From positions 357,403 to 421,402 of the forward strand of contig NZ_QRCT01000049.1 in the NCBI RefSeq assembly GCF_003363435.1: 64,000 nt of DNA. Reading direction: 5' to 3'. Shown here in pieces: positions 51,350-61,492 of this stretch. A program made the translations under genes and the position numbers. Each line of letters opens with the position of its first letter. Position 1 is the first letter of the stretch. The notes under the pieces were generated by a model. The model was given only the letters and a program-made list of their open reading frames with translations. It ran no database searches and had not been told where the DNA came from. Origin of the DNA: Anaerosacchariphilus polymeriproducens. Lineage in GTDB: Bacteria > Bacillota > Clostridia > Lachnospirales > Lachnospiraceae.

Positions 51350-53992
51350 TTATTTATCTTTTTCCATTGTACGTTGAATAAGTTTTACAATTTCAACAAT
51401 TGGAATGATACTAGCTGCTATCAGTACTGCAACCGCATATTCCATTAAATTAATATGTTCAAATTCAAATGCTTTCGCTAGGAATGGTACATAAATTACT
51501 GCAGTCGTCAAAATCAAACTTGCAATACTAGCAATCCATAAGAACTTATTCTGTTTTGTAATTTTAAATATACTGCCTCGCTGACTTCTCATATTGAAAC
51601 TGTGGAATATTTCAGCAAAACTTAATGTAAGGAACGCCATTGTAATACCATCTGCACTCTGGGTGATTTCCCAAACTCCTGATTCCATTTTGTGTCCGAC
51701 AAAGTATGCTGCAAGTGTTAATACTGTTACAATAATACCCTGGTATACAACATCAAATCCAACTCCACCGGAAAAAATTCCATCTTTTGATGAACGTGGT
51801 TTTCTATCCATGATATCTGCATCGCTGTCTTCCATACCGAGCGCCAATGCTGGGAAACAATCAGTTATGAGATTAATCCACAATAAATGCACCGGATGCA
51901 AAATAACAAACCCAAATAACGTAGCAAAGAAGATACTTAAAACTTCACTCATATTAGATGCTAATAAAAATTGAATTGCTTTTCTAATATTATCATAAAT
52001 TTTTCTGCCTTCTTCAACAGCACCTACTATTGTTGCAAAATTATCATCTGCAAGTACCATATCCGCTACATTCTTTGTAACATCCGTGCCGGTTATTCCC
52101 ATACCTACTCCAATATCTGCACTCTTAATACTTGGAGCATCATTAACTCCATCACCAGTCATTGCAGTAATACATCCATTTTTACGCCATGCATTAACAA
52201 TTCTCACTTTATGCTCTGGCTGAACTCTGGCATATACTCTATAACTCTGAATTGATTTTTCTAATTCAGCATCACTAATGCTATCTAATTGAGAACCGGT
52301 AATTGCTTGTTCCTCACTCTTGAGGATTCCCAATTGATTTGCAATTGCAACAGCTGTATCTTTATGATCTCCGGTAATCATGATAGCTGAGATTCCTGCA
52401 GTTTTACATTCATCAATTGCATCTTTGACCTCAGGACGGATTGGATCTATCATTCCTGTAAGACCAAGGAATGTCAAGTCTTTTTCAAGAGTAGATACTT
52501 CATAATTCTCTGGTTCTTTCTCATAAGTTTTTTGTGCTGCACATAAAACACGAAGCGCTTTTTGTGCCATATTTTTGTTTTCTTTCAGTATTTGTTCTCT
52601 CGTTTTTTCATCAAGTGGTAAAATTTGTCCATCTTTCAAATATGAGGTACAAAGTTTCAGAACTTCATCCGGAGCACCTTTTGTATATTGTACAATTCCC
52701 TGCTCTGTTTTATGAACCGTACTCATCATTTTACGCATACTGTCAAATGGTGCTTCACCAATTCTTGGAGCCTTTTCTTTTAATTGCGGCTTTGGAAGTC
52801 CATTCGCATATGCAAAATTTACTAAAGCACATTCTGTCGGTTCTCCTGTTGCCTGATTATCACTGTCAAGTTCAGCATCACAGCACAACGCCATAGCAGT
52901 AGCAAGTAATTTTTCATCTTCACTATAATGCTCCACAACTGTCATCTTGTTCTGCGTAAGAGTGCCGGTTTTGTCACTACAGATAATTTCTGCACATCCC
53001 AATGTTTCAACCGCTGTTAATCGTCGGATAATAGCATTTCTTTTTGACATATTGGTAACACCGATTGATAATACTACCGTCACTACCATCGCTAAACCTT
53101 CCGGAATCGCAGCAACTGCCAGACTTACTGCTACCATAAATGTATTTAATATGACATTCGCATGTAAATCTCCAGAACGGATAAGGCTGAAAATAAAAAT
53201 AAATGCGCAAATTCCAATGACCAGATAACTAAGTATCTTACTAAGTCCTGCAAGTTTGATTTGAAGCGGTGTTTGTCCTTCCTCTGCCTGAGCAATTGCA
53301 TCTGCAATTTTGCCCATCTCAGTATCCATTCCTGTTCCTGTAATAACTACCTTACCACGTCCATAAACAACAGTACTGCCCATATATACCATGTTTTTTC
53401 TATCACCCAATGGTATATCGGAAGCATCATTCAGATTCAGAATTTCCATGATCTTATTGACCGGAACACTCTCACCGGTCAAAGCAGATTCTTCAATTTT
53501 CATACTTGCACTTTCAATAATTCTTCCATCAGCAGGAACTGCATCTCCAGCTTCCAAAAGAACAATATCTCCAACTACAATGTCCTCACTTTTTACTACT
53601 TCAATTTGTCCATTTCGAAGAACTTTACTGGTAGCAGCAGCCATCTCCTGCAAAGCTTCAATCGCTTTTTCTGCTTTGCTTTCTTGATAAACGCCTAAAA
53701 CTGCATTAATGATTACAACAATCATGATAATAACCACATCTGCAAACCCTTCACCTGAATATGCAGCTGTAATCCCTGATATAACAGCAGCGGCTATCAG
53801 AATAATAATCATCGGATCTTTTAATTGATTTAAAAAGCGTTCCATTGTAGATACTTTTTTACCTTCTTTAAGCTTATTCTTACCATTCACCTCCAATCTC
53901 TTCTCTGCCTCAGATGTCGTCAAACCATTCTCATTACTGTTAACAGCTTTGAATACATCTTCTGTTTCAGTACAATAAAATTTCATTAACAT
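51350..53992 (-). CDS. Calcium-translocating P-type ATPase (PMCA/SERCA-like, P2 type)
   Basis: 880 aa with DKTGTLT phosphorylation site, TGES actuator motif, TGDGVNDAPS hinge and 10 TMs. Confidence 0.9.
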   Translation of the reverse strand: MLMKFYCTETEDVFKAVNSNENGLTTSEAEKRLEVNGKNKLKEGKKVSTMERFLNQLKDPMIIILIAAAVISGITAAYSGEGFADVVIIMIVVIINAVLGVYQESKAEKAIEALQEMAAATSKVLRNGQIEVVKSEDIVVGDIVLLEAGDAVPADGRIIESASMKIEESALTGESVPVNKIMEILNLNDASDIPLGDRKNMVYMGSTVVYGRGKVVITGTGMDTEMGKIADAIAQAEEGQTPLQIKLAGLSKILSYLVIGICAFIFIFSLIRSGDLHANVILNTFMVAVSLAVAAIPEGLAMVVTVVLSIGVTNMSKRNAIIRRLTAVETLGCAEIICSDKTGTLTQNKMTVVEHYSEDEKLLATAMALCCDAELDSDNQATGEPTECALVNFAYANGLPKPQLKEKAPRIGEAPFDSMRKMMSTVHKTEQGIVQYTKGAPDEVLKLCTSYLKDGQILPLDEKTREQILKENKNMAQKALRVLCAAQKTYEKEPENYEVSTLEKDLTFLGLTGMIDPIRPEVKDAIDECKTAGISAIMITGDHKDTAVAIANQLGILKSEEQAITGSQLDSISDAELEKSIQSYRVYARVQPEHKVRIVNAWRKNGCITAMTGDGVNDAPSIKSADIGVGMGITGTDVTKNVADMVLADDNFATIVGAVEEGRKIYDNIRKAIQFLLASNMSEVLSIFFATLFGFVILHPVHLLWINLITDCFPALALGMEDSDADIMDRKPRSSKDGIFSGGVGFDVVYQGIIVTVLTLAAYFVGHKMESGVWEITQSADGITMAFLTLSFAEIFHSFNMRSQRGSIFKITKQNKFLWIASIASLILTTAVIYVPFLAKAFEFEHINLMEYAVAVLIAASIIPIVEIVKLIQRTMEKDK

Positions 53993-54023
53993 TTCTCCTT
54001 TCCACTTAGGTACAATCTATAAA

Positions 54024-54308
54024 TCAATCATTATCCCTTACCTTATTAAATGTTTCAATAATACTATTGGTACTTTTTTCATCAATAAAAGAGGACTTCA
54101 TAATATATGCCTCTCCATTGTTCTGAAATATTTCATTTGAAATCTCTTTGAACAATTCAATATTTTCTTCGGTCAACGGCAATACCCACATGGCGTGTCC
54201 AATATTAACAGAGTTATGCTTTTTTAATTTTCTCCAAATGCTCACTCTGACCCTTGAAGGTTTTTTAGGTAATATATAATTTAATATAAGCCATTCTTTT
54301 TCTTCCAT
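54024..54308 (-). CDS. Small ChrB N-terminal-domain-like protein
   Basis: 94 aa. WLILNYILPKKPSRVRVSIWRKLKKHNSVNIGHAMWVLP matches the WL.L...LP...S.RVR.WR.LK..GA.....SVWVLP pattern of the ChrB N-domain. Confidence 0.4.
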   Translation of the reverse strand: MEEKEWLILNYILPKKPSRVRVSIWRKLKKHNSVNIGHAMWVLPLTEENIELFKEISNEIFQNNGEAYIMKSSFIDEKSTNSIIETFNKVRDND

Positions 54309-54784
54309 GATTAACCTTCTCTCTTCTTATGGACCGATTAATAACCAAATTCGAAATGTAACCAATGAGTTTATGAAATGTAACCAGTATTACATGTGAC
54401 ACTCAATACATTCTAACAATCCTTCTGCTCATCGTCAACAATTATTTCCTGTAATATTTCACTAAATATATTCTTATAAATAATATAATCCACATCTATG
54501 AAACATAATACTGTCCATATCTGTGGATTATATACAAATTATTTCCAAATATCTAACCATTTTTAATCAAAGTTCTGTTTTTTAATTCATAAACTTCATC
54601 ACATAAAATTTGCGCTCCTTATCCTGCCTAAACTGAATATCGTGTTTTTTTCATCATATGATAAATATAATGTTCTTTAAATAAGCAGTTGATTTATATG
54701 GACTAGTTCTTGTTCTTTAGTCAAAAAACAGTTGCTATGTTTTAATACACAGCAGCTGTTTGTAAACAGTCTCTATAACTCTAA

Positions 54785-56062
54785 TCAAAAAATTTTCTCA
54801 ATATCATACTGTGTATTTATTATCAACCACATTTGATAAAAGAAATTACTTATATTGTTATTTGTCACACCTTGAAGTTCATATACCAACACTAATTTTA
54901 AATAAGCATCTATGGCTCTGGCATCCCAAAACCTTACAATATAATCATAAATTTCTACATATTGAAAATAAGAAGCTTTTGTTGTATCATCAAACATTAT
55001 CTTAGCACCTTGGTCACTAGCTAACTGTATCGCAGATTGATAAGATATCGACTGCCCTTTAGAAATTCCTGGAATATAAGGAAGCTGCCACAAATATCCT
55101 ACATTAAGTAAACCAATGCTTATCTTGTCGGAAGAAATATAACCAACTAATTTTTCTAAAAAATTTAATACCGTGTCGAAAGCAAGCATCCCTGTAGGCA
55201 CTCCTACTTCATACCCACCTTCATATGCCGTAAATATTACTCCATCCACTGCCTGACTTAGTTTTGAATAATCGAAGTCTTGAAAAAAAATCCCCGACAT
55301 AACATCAAAGACACTGATTCCAAATGTACTAAATAATTTGTATCCTTTACTTTTTAAACGTATGTTTAATTTTTCAATAAAATTCATATAATTCTCTCGA
55401 TCTTGAGGATATATATATGGGCTATCTACATTAATTCCAGCATAACCTTTTTCTTCTAGAACAAATAGAATATTACTAAGTAACTGCTCTTGTATCTCTT
55501 GGTCAGATAAAATTATATGTGTCGTTTCAATTTTTTCACTTTGGTTATTCCCAAATGCTGTTAACATCATAATTGGGGCTACCCCATATAATCCTGCAAG
55601 TTCTACAATATCCCTATCATCAACACTTAGAACTCCACCCTCTTCTGTAACTATATTCCCTATAACGGTCAGATAAGTCAAATATGGCAATGTCTTTTTC
55701 AATATATTCTCATCAACAAATGTATAAGTTGCTCCATTCGTAGCGATTTTTTTTATCTTTAGATCTTTATATTGTATAATAATTTTCTCTCCTGGATAAA
55801 TATACTTTCTGTCTGAAAGATATGGATTATTTCTTAATATTTCCAATACAGTAATTCCATAAGTTGCTGCAATACCTTCTAATGTTTCACCTGCCTGAAT
55901 AATATGAATCTGTTTGGGATATATAATAACTAACGCTTCCCCTATTACTAAACTTTCTCTATTAAACACCCCATTTTCACGAATTAAGATTTCTTCATCA
56001 ATTCCATAATTTCGAGCAATTGAAGAAATCGTCTCTCCTCTTTTCACTATATGGATAATCAT
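54785..56062 (-). CDS. LysM-LysM-GH18 peptidoglycan/cortex hydrolase (YaaH/SleL-like sporulation protein)
   Basis: 425 aa. Two N-terminal LysM repeats (HIVKRGETISSIARNYGI...; HIIQAGETLEGIAATYGI...) then a GH18 TIM-barrel domain (DGVIFTAYEGGY...). Confidence 0.8.
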   Translation of the reverse strand: MIIHIVKRGETISSIARNYGIDEEILIRENGVFNRESLVIGEALVIIYPKQIHIIQAGETLEGIAATYGITVLEILRNNPYLSDRKYIYPGEKIIIQYKDLKIKKIATNGATYTFVDENILKKTLPYLTYLTVIGNIVTEEGGVLSVDDRDIVELAGLYGVAPIMMLTAFGNNQSEKIETTHIILSDQEIQEQLLSNILFVLEEKGYAGINVDSPYIYPQDRENYMNFIEKLNIRLKSKGYKLFSTFGISVFDVMSGIFFQDFDYSKLSQAVDGVIFTAYEGGYEVGVPTGMLAFDTVLNFLEKLVGYISSDKISIGLLNVGYLWQLPYIPGISKGQSISYQSAIQLASDQGAKIMFDDTTKASYFQYVEIYDYIVRFWDARAIDAYLKLVLVYELQGVTNNNISNFFYQMWLIINTQYDIEKIF

Positions 56063-56250
56063 AGTTTTCCTTACCTTTTGATTTAGTTTATTTTATGCTA
56101 TCGAGAGGAAACATTGACTCTTATTATTGTTATAATATATATTTTTTAAGTTTAAAATAACTAAATCTATACGTAAGGCATTGTGTACAACAGATTGAAG
56201 GCTTTTACAAGACTATTTTTTATCAGAAGGCTAAATAATCGTTAATGGAG

Positions 56251-56283
56251 TAGGAGGTTAATCAAATAACGATTAACCTCCTA
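56251..56283 (-). terminator. Strong hairpin downstream of the secreted-protein gene
   Basis: Perfect 13-bp stem TAGGAGGTTAATC / GATTAACCTCCTA with a 7-nt loop. The flanking U-run is weak. Confidence 0.5.
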
Positions 56284-56311
56284 TTCCAATTCATATTCTG
56301 CTTTTATAACA

Positions 56312-56797
56312 TTACTGGTAAATACATGAACTACTACTATTCATACCACAGCCTGAACCTTGACCACGACCCATTCTTGAGCCTTGGTTACCCTTTCCTG
56401 CTCCGTTAGAACCAAATTTTGCACCCATTTTCTGACCAATTTTTGCTGTGCCTGTTCCATCACATGTAGATTGATTATCTTCAATTGACTTAATAATAGA
56501 ATCCGCCTTATCTTGCGTGATTGTTCCGGCTGCAACCTGAGCATTCAGATTATTCTTTTTCATCTCAAGACTTGCTTTTTTGTACTCATCTAGCTTTCCT
56601 GCTGCGGAGGCAATTGCACCATAAGTTTTGCCTGTTTCCATTCTTTCAGCAATAACACTTTCTGTTGTTCTGCCTGTAATTCCTGATACCGCTTCGGCAG
56701 GAGTACTGTATGGTGATGCCGCAAAAGCGATCATGGAAGTGGTTGTAAGAGCTGCCGCAACGATACATCCGGTGATTAATCTTTTTTTGTTGTTCAT
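56312..56797 (-). CDS. Secreted protein of unknown function (signal peptide; Gly/Ser-rich Cys-containing C-terminus)
   Basis: 161 aa with an N-terminal signal peptide (MNNKKRLITGCIVAAALTTTSMIAFAAS) and a GxG-rich tail with 3 Cys. Divergent from the two-component system. Confidence 0.55.
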   Translation of the reverse strand: MNNKKRLITGCIVAAALTTTSMIAFAASPYSTPAEAVSGITGRTTESVIAERMETGKTYGAIASAAGKLDEYKKASLEMKKNNLNAQVAAGTITQDKADSIIKSIEDNQSTCDGTGTAKIGQKMGAKFGSNGAGKGNQGSRMGRGQGSGCGMNSSSSCIYQ

Positions 56798-56970
56798 ATA
56801 ATTTCTCCTTTCATTTTGGGAATTCCTTATGGAACAACTTTATCTTATCAAGCTTATATGGCAGTTTCGTGGCACTGATAAATTATATTTTTGTCGTTTT
56901 AAGTTATCATGCCATTCATTTGCCATGTTTATTTGATATGCTATATAATAAAACAAAAGGAGGTCTTGTT

Positions 56971-57657
56971 ATGAATACTGTTTTAATTGCTGACGATAAT
57001 CCACAGCTTTTAAATATTTTAAAAACTGCAGCAGAAAAAGAAGGATATGGTATCATACTTGCCGAGGACGGACAAGCAGCTTTGGAAGCATTTCATAATC
57101 ATCGGCCACAAATAATCCTATTGGATGTTATGATGCCAAAGTTGGATGGTTTTCAGGTTTGTCGTGAAATACGTAAGGAGTCGAATGTTCCTATTATTAT
57201 GATTACCGCACGAGGCGAGGACTTTGAAAAAATCATGGGACTAGAAATAGGTGCAGATGATTACATCGTTAAACCATTTTCACCTGGTGAAGTGATGGCA
57301 CGTATAAAAGCGGTGATGCGCCGTATTCAAAAAAGCGAGAACGTAAGTGAGCAAGTTCTGTTAATAGAGGATTTACGTATCAATCTTGCCGATTATAGTG
57401 TATATATCGCATCAAAACCTATTCCACTAACCAAACGGGAAATTGACATGCTCTGGACTCTTGTTAATGGCAGAAATCGTGCCTATACCCGTGATATGCT
57501 TCTTGACTTGTTATGGGGATATGATTATTATGGTGACCCACGCACGGTAGATTCTCATATGAAGCGGTTGCGTGCCAAGCTGGATGTGATTGAGCACCCC
57601 ACTTGGGAAATTCGCACAGTGCGAAATGTTGGATATAAGTTCGAGGTGACTACATGA
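56971..57657 (+). CDS. OmpR-family response regulator (REC + winged-helix)
   Basis: True start MNTVLIADDNPQ at 56971 with an AAAGGAGG SD. The ORF-track start at 56869 adds an unsupported extension. Phospho-Asp in LLDVMMP and C-terminal trans_reg_C domain. Confidence 0.85.
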   Translation: MNTVLIADDNPQLLNILKTAAEKEGYGIILAEDGQAALEAFHNHRPQIILLDVMMPKLDGFQVCREIRKESNVPIIMITARGEDFEKIMGLEIGADDYIVKPFSPGEVMARIKAVMRRIQKSENVSEQVLLIEDLRINLADYSVYIASKPIPLTKREIDMLWTLVNGRNRAYTRDMLLDLLWGYDYYGDPRTVDSHMKRLRAKLDVIEHPTWEIRTVRNVGYKFEVTT

Positions 57658-59084
57658 AAAATAAAATCCTTATGAAGTTGGTGGCGGCCTTTGCTGTTGT
57701 CATGCTATTATTCTCCATAGTATTAGGAAGCGTATTTCTAATTTTATTTCGTAACCATACGATAACCATAAATCGCACAACAATGGAGCAAAAGGCCGTT
57801 TCTATTGCATCTACACTATCATCCTTTCAAGAAGGTAATAGAGGATATGGTGCATATTTGCGATTTTTAGATGAATTGGCGATGGCTGAAGTTTGGATTG
57901 TGGACGAACATCTCAATATCTCCGTTCATGGTCACGGTATGCACTCTGCAAACTATCAAAAGCTTCCCGAAAATGCAGAAGAGATTGTATCCAGAGTTTT
58001 TTCCGGAGAGCTGACATATGGGGAAGAATTTTCGGATTTACTGGGAACAAATGCATTGACAGTAGGTGCGCCAATCCTTGATGGAGAGCGTGTTATTGGT
58101 GCTGTTTTGCTGCATTCACCAATCAGTGGCATCAATGCAGCGGTAGAGCAAGGTATTTTAGCACTCATCATTGGTATAGGCGTAGCCCTTATTTTCGCAG
58201 GAATTGCAGCGGCACTTCTTTCTTATCGCTTTACCCGTCCTTTAGCACAGATGAAAACAACCGCACTGGAACTTGCGGATGGGAACTATGTTGCCCAAAC
58301 AGGTGTCTGTCAGCAGGACGAAATCGGTCAGCTTGCAAGTGTTTTGGATACCCTTGCGCTACGATTGCAGTCAGCAGAAGCTGAGCAGGAAAAGCTGAAT
58401 CGCCTGAGAGAAAATTTTGTTGCAAATGTGTCTCACGAATTGCGCACTCCAGTAGCAGTTCTTCGTGGTTCTCTCGAACTTTTGCAGGATGGGACCGTAA
58501 ACAAGCCTGAGGAAATTTCCGATTATTATGACCAAATGCTGTCAGAGAGCAACCATTTAGAACGTTTAGTCAACGACTTGCTAGATTTATCACGTTTACA
58601 GGATGAGGGTTTTCATCTTACAATTTCGGAAGTAAATCTTTGCGATGTGGTACAAGATGCTACTCGTGCGATCCGCCGCACAGCGCTGATCAAAAATATT
58701 ACGGTTGCAGTTGAAGTCCCTGATACAGAATGTCTTGTCATGGGAGACTATGACCGAATTCGTCAACTGCTTCTGATTTTACTTGATAATGCTGTGAAAT
58801 TTTCAGTAGAACAGGGATTAATTCAAGTAAATCTGACAAAGAAAGATGGTTTTGTCCTCACTGTAACCGATCATGGAATTGGCATTTCACCAGAAGATAT
58901 TCCCTACATCTTTGACCGCTTCCATAAAACTCATGCAAAGGAAAACAAAAATGGTACGGGATTAGGCCTTGCTATTGCCAACGAGATTGCAAAGAGACAT
59001 AAGGCGTCTATTCATGTGGAAAGTAACGAGACGGAAACTACTTTCTACCTATTTTTACCCGAAACAGCTCCTCTTATAAAATAA
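57654..59084 (+). CDS. Sensor histidine kinase (2 TM + HAMP + HisKA + HATPase_c)
   Basis: 476 aa. H-box NVSHELRTPVAVL, and N, G1 and G2 boxes (GTGLGLAIANEI). Its start overlaps the response-regulator stop by 4 nt. Confidence 0.85.
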   Translation: MKNKILMKLVAAFAVVMLLFSIVLGSVFLILFRNHTITINRTTMEQKAVSIASTLSSFQEGNRGYGAYLRFLDELAMAEVWIVDEHLNISVHGHGMHSANYQKLPENAEEIVSRVFSGELTYGEEFSDLLGTNALTVGAPILDGERVIGAVLLHSPISGINAAVEQGILALIIGIGVALIFAGIAAALLSYRFTRPLAQMKTTALELADGNYVAQTGVCQQDEIGQLASVLDTLALRLQSAEAEQEKLNRLRENFVANVSHELRTPVAVLRGSLELLQDGTVNKPEEISDYYDQMLSESNHLERLVNDLLDLSRLQDEGFHLTISEVNLCDVVQDATRAIRRTALIKNITVAVEVPDTECLVMGDYDRIRQLLLILLDNAVKFSVEQGLIQVNLTKKDGFVLTVTDHGIGISPEDIPYIFDRFHKTHAKENKNGTGLGLAIANEIAKRHKASIHVESNETETTFYLFLPETAPLIK

Positions 59085-59343
59085 CTAATACCACTTCCCT
59101 TATCGCTATGAAGAATAAGTCCCTTCTTAACAGTATATGAGCCAGTGCATATTAGAGCGTTTCAATTTCTAATTCTGTATTAATACAATTGCTATTTAGG
59201 GTTGAAAACACAATTATATCTTTTCGCTCCATCCACTCTTCACATATAAGCAAAATCAGTACACCAAACCAGAAATTCTGGATCAATATCTGCCATGGTC
59301 CAAAGAACTTCCGGATCAATGCAGTCTGGCAACAAGATGTTTC

Positions 59344-60585
59344 TTATTTATTACTATCCAAAATACCAATTTTGTTACCAGAAAATAATACAACTACAAT
59401 AAGAATAACACATATATTGTTTATAATATAAGTATTATCTGCTTGGATATGTAAAGACAAATACCCAGAATAACTAATCCCCATAGGAACAAACAAACTC
59501 GAGAAGAACGATAATAAAGCAAAAAATCTTCCTTGGAATTTCAATGGTACCTTTGTTTGTAAATATGAACCTAAAGGCACATTTATACAGGTTGTAATCA
59601 TTCCAATGAAAAACTGTAAAATGATAAAAAAACAAAAAAAGACTTTATTCGAAAAAGAATATAAAGTAATTGATAGAACAGCGGTTATAATCATAAAAAA
59701 ACTATTTGCAATAAACAATCCTTTCAGATGACTTTTTAAATCTATAATTTTATTCTTAAAAATAAATAGTCCCGCAATTAGAGAACCAAATACCGCAGAA
59801 GTAGAAGACAACCCATAGTATTTATCAGAAATATTGTATTTTTGGATAAGGATACCAGGATTAATAATTTCATCGTTATTAGCAATAAAAAAATTTAAGC
59901 TCATGATGATAATAAATAAATAGAGAATATTTTTTTGCTTATAAACAAACTGCATCCCGGACAATAACTGTTTACTGAATTTTTCACCTTTTTCATGAAT
60001 CCTTTTCTCTTTTGCTTTATATATGATAAAACATTCTTGAATTGCGGATAATAAATAAGTTAATGCAATAATTAAAAGCACTCTTTGAAAACCCAGAAAT
60101 TCATATAAATAAGTACCTAATACTGGTGCTATTAATGCAGATCCGTTATCCCAGAAACTTCGAATCCCATTATACTTTTCTATGGTGTTTTCTGTGCTGA
60201 TTTCTGTAAAAATTACCTTTGATGATATTTCAAATATTTTTGACAATAGATTAATAATCATAGACACAATCAATAATATAATAATATCACTCTTCTTTCT
60301 ATTATACGAAAGAAAAAGTATTATATACAAGAGTGTCGTCATAAAATCACAGAATACAATAATATATTTTCTATTTAATTTTTCAACAACAACCCCAAAA
60401 AAGGGTGTACATATTATAGCCGGAATATTTACAACAGCAAAAAAAATACCTGAACTTTTCAAGCTTCCCGTCAAACCAAGAACATGTAACGGTAAAATGA
60501 TTAAAAACATTGTTGAACCAAACATAGAAATTGTTCGTCCAAACAATAATAAAATCATATTTCTTTCATTTTTAATATTGTTCAT
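59344..60585 (-). CDS. MFS transporter
   Basis: 413 aa with 12 TM segments. N-terminal LLFGRTISMFGSTMF is typical of MFS_1. Confidence 0.75.
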   Translation of the reverse strand: MNNIKNERNMILLLFGRTISMFGSTMFLIILPLHVLGLTGSLKSSGIFFAVVNIPAIICTPFFGVVVEKLNRKYIIVFCDFMTTLLYIILFLSYNRKKSDIIILLIVSMIINLLSKIFEISSKVIFTEISTENTIEKYNGIRSFWDNGSALIAPVLGTYLYEFLGFQRVLLIIALTYLLSAIQECFIIYKAKEKRIHEKGEKFSKQLLSGMQFVYKQKNILYLFIIIMSLNFFIANNDEIINPGILIQKYNISDKYYGLSSTSAVFGSLIAGLFIFKNKIIDLKSHLKGLFIANSFFMIITAVLSITLYSFSNKVFFCFFIILQFFIGMITTCINVPLGSYLQTKVPLKFQGRFFALLSFFSSLFVPMGISYSGYLSLHIQADNTYIINNICVILIVVVLFSGNKIGILDSNK

Positions 60586-61022
60586 TTTTCTCCCTAATAT
60601 ATTTCTAAAATAAAATTGTAAAATTGTTTATTCCTAGGTGCATCGAAACTCTGACATTTTCACTATATTTCTCAAGTTTCTTGTAAAATGAAGTATCAAA
60701 GTTCACCATCAAAGTTATTGCCCTCACAATCATTTCTAAATATGCCAAGAGCCTTTGCTTGCGTATCCATTAGTGATACTTCAGGACAATCCTTGGTTAA
60801 TCTGATATTAATAATATCTGCCAAATATGTATGACCTCCTTTTTGTTTTGTTGATTATGTCATATACTTAATTAGGTTATTTGTAAATACTTTTTTGTTT
60901 TATATGTATATTTTATTGTATTTATTATAATAAAAAAACCATGCAGTGACCAGTGTTAGTGGTGTGCTGAGTTTCTTTATCCCTTTCTTAGAAATAATTA
61001 ATTCTACTTAAATGCATCATTT

Positions 61023-61487
61023 TTATTTTAGTATTTCTAAAATCAGATTATCAACCCATACTTCAAAATTATGTTTTGACATGATATATAGTCCTTCCCT
61101 AATATGACTCTTTTCTACAACCATTACTTCATTTGTTGTTCTTTCTTCTTCTGCAAATGAGGTTAAAATAATTTTAATATTCGAAATCCCTTCACTATCC
61201 ACCATTTTGTATGCAGTCTCTATAAATTGATTTATCAGTATAGGCGGCTTATCTAGCTGTTCCCAATCTTCGAATTCTCCCATAAAATTGTCGAATTTCA
61301 ACTCAATAAAATAGCGGGCACTATAGTCTTTAAAGTATTGCCGCTTGATAGGTTTTACCTCATCACCGGAAATAACTATAAATCCTAATGCCTGAAACGA
61401 ACTTAGCATATTATTAAGTTTTTCTTCAGAAGCACTTGAGTCAAATGTTATAAATTGAGTGCAATCGAAATTACCTACCATTCTCAT
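61023..61487 (-). CDS. Putative immunity protein for the orphan toxin tip
   Basis: 154 aa cytosolic acidic protein. It starts 6 nt after the stop of the orphan toxin cassette, the typical toxin-immunity arrangement. Confidence 0.5.
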   Translation of the reverse strand: MRMVGNFDCTQFITFDSSASEEKLNNMLSSFQALGFIVISGDEVKPIKRQYFKDYSARYFIELKFDNFMGEFEDWEQLDKPPILINQFIETAYKMVDSEGISNIKIILTSFAEEERTTNEVMVVEKSHIREGLYIMSKHNFEVWVDNLILEILK

Positions 61488-61492
61488 TCCTC

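Noticed and set aside
60182-60613. 143-aa plus-strand ORF
   Set aside because: Antisense within the MFS transporter gene. Ile/Asn-rich low-complexity translation.
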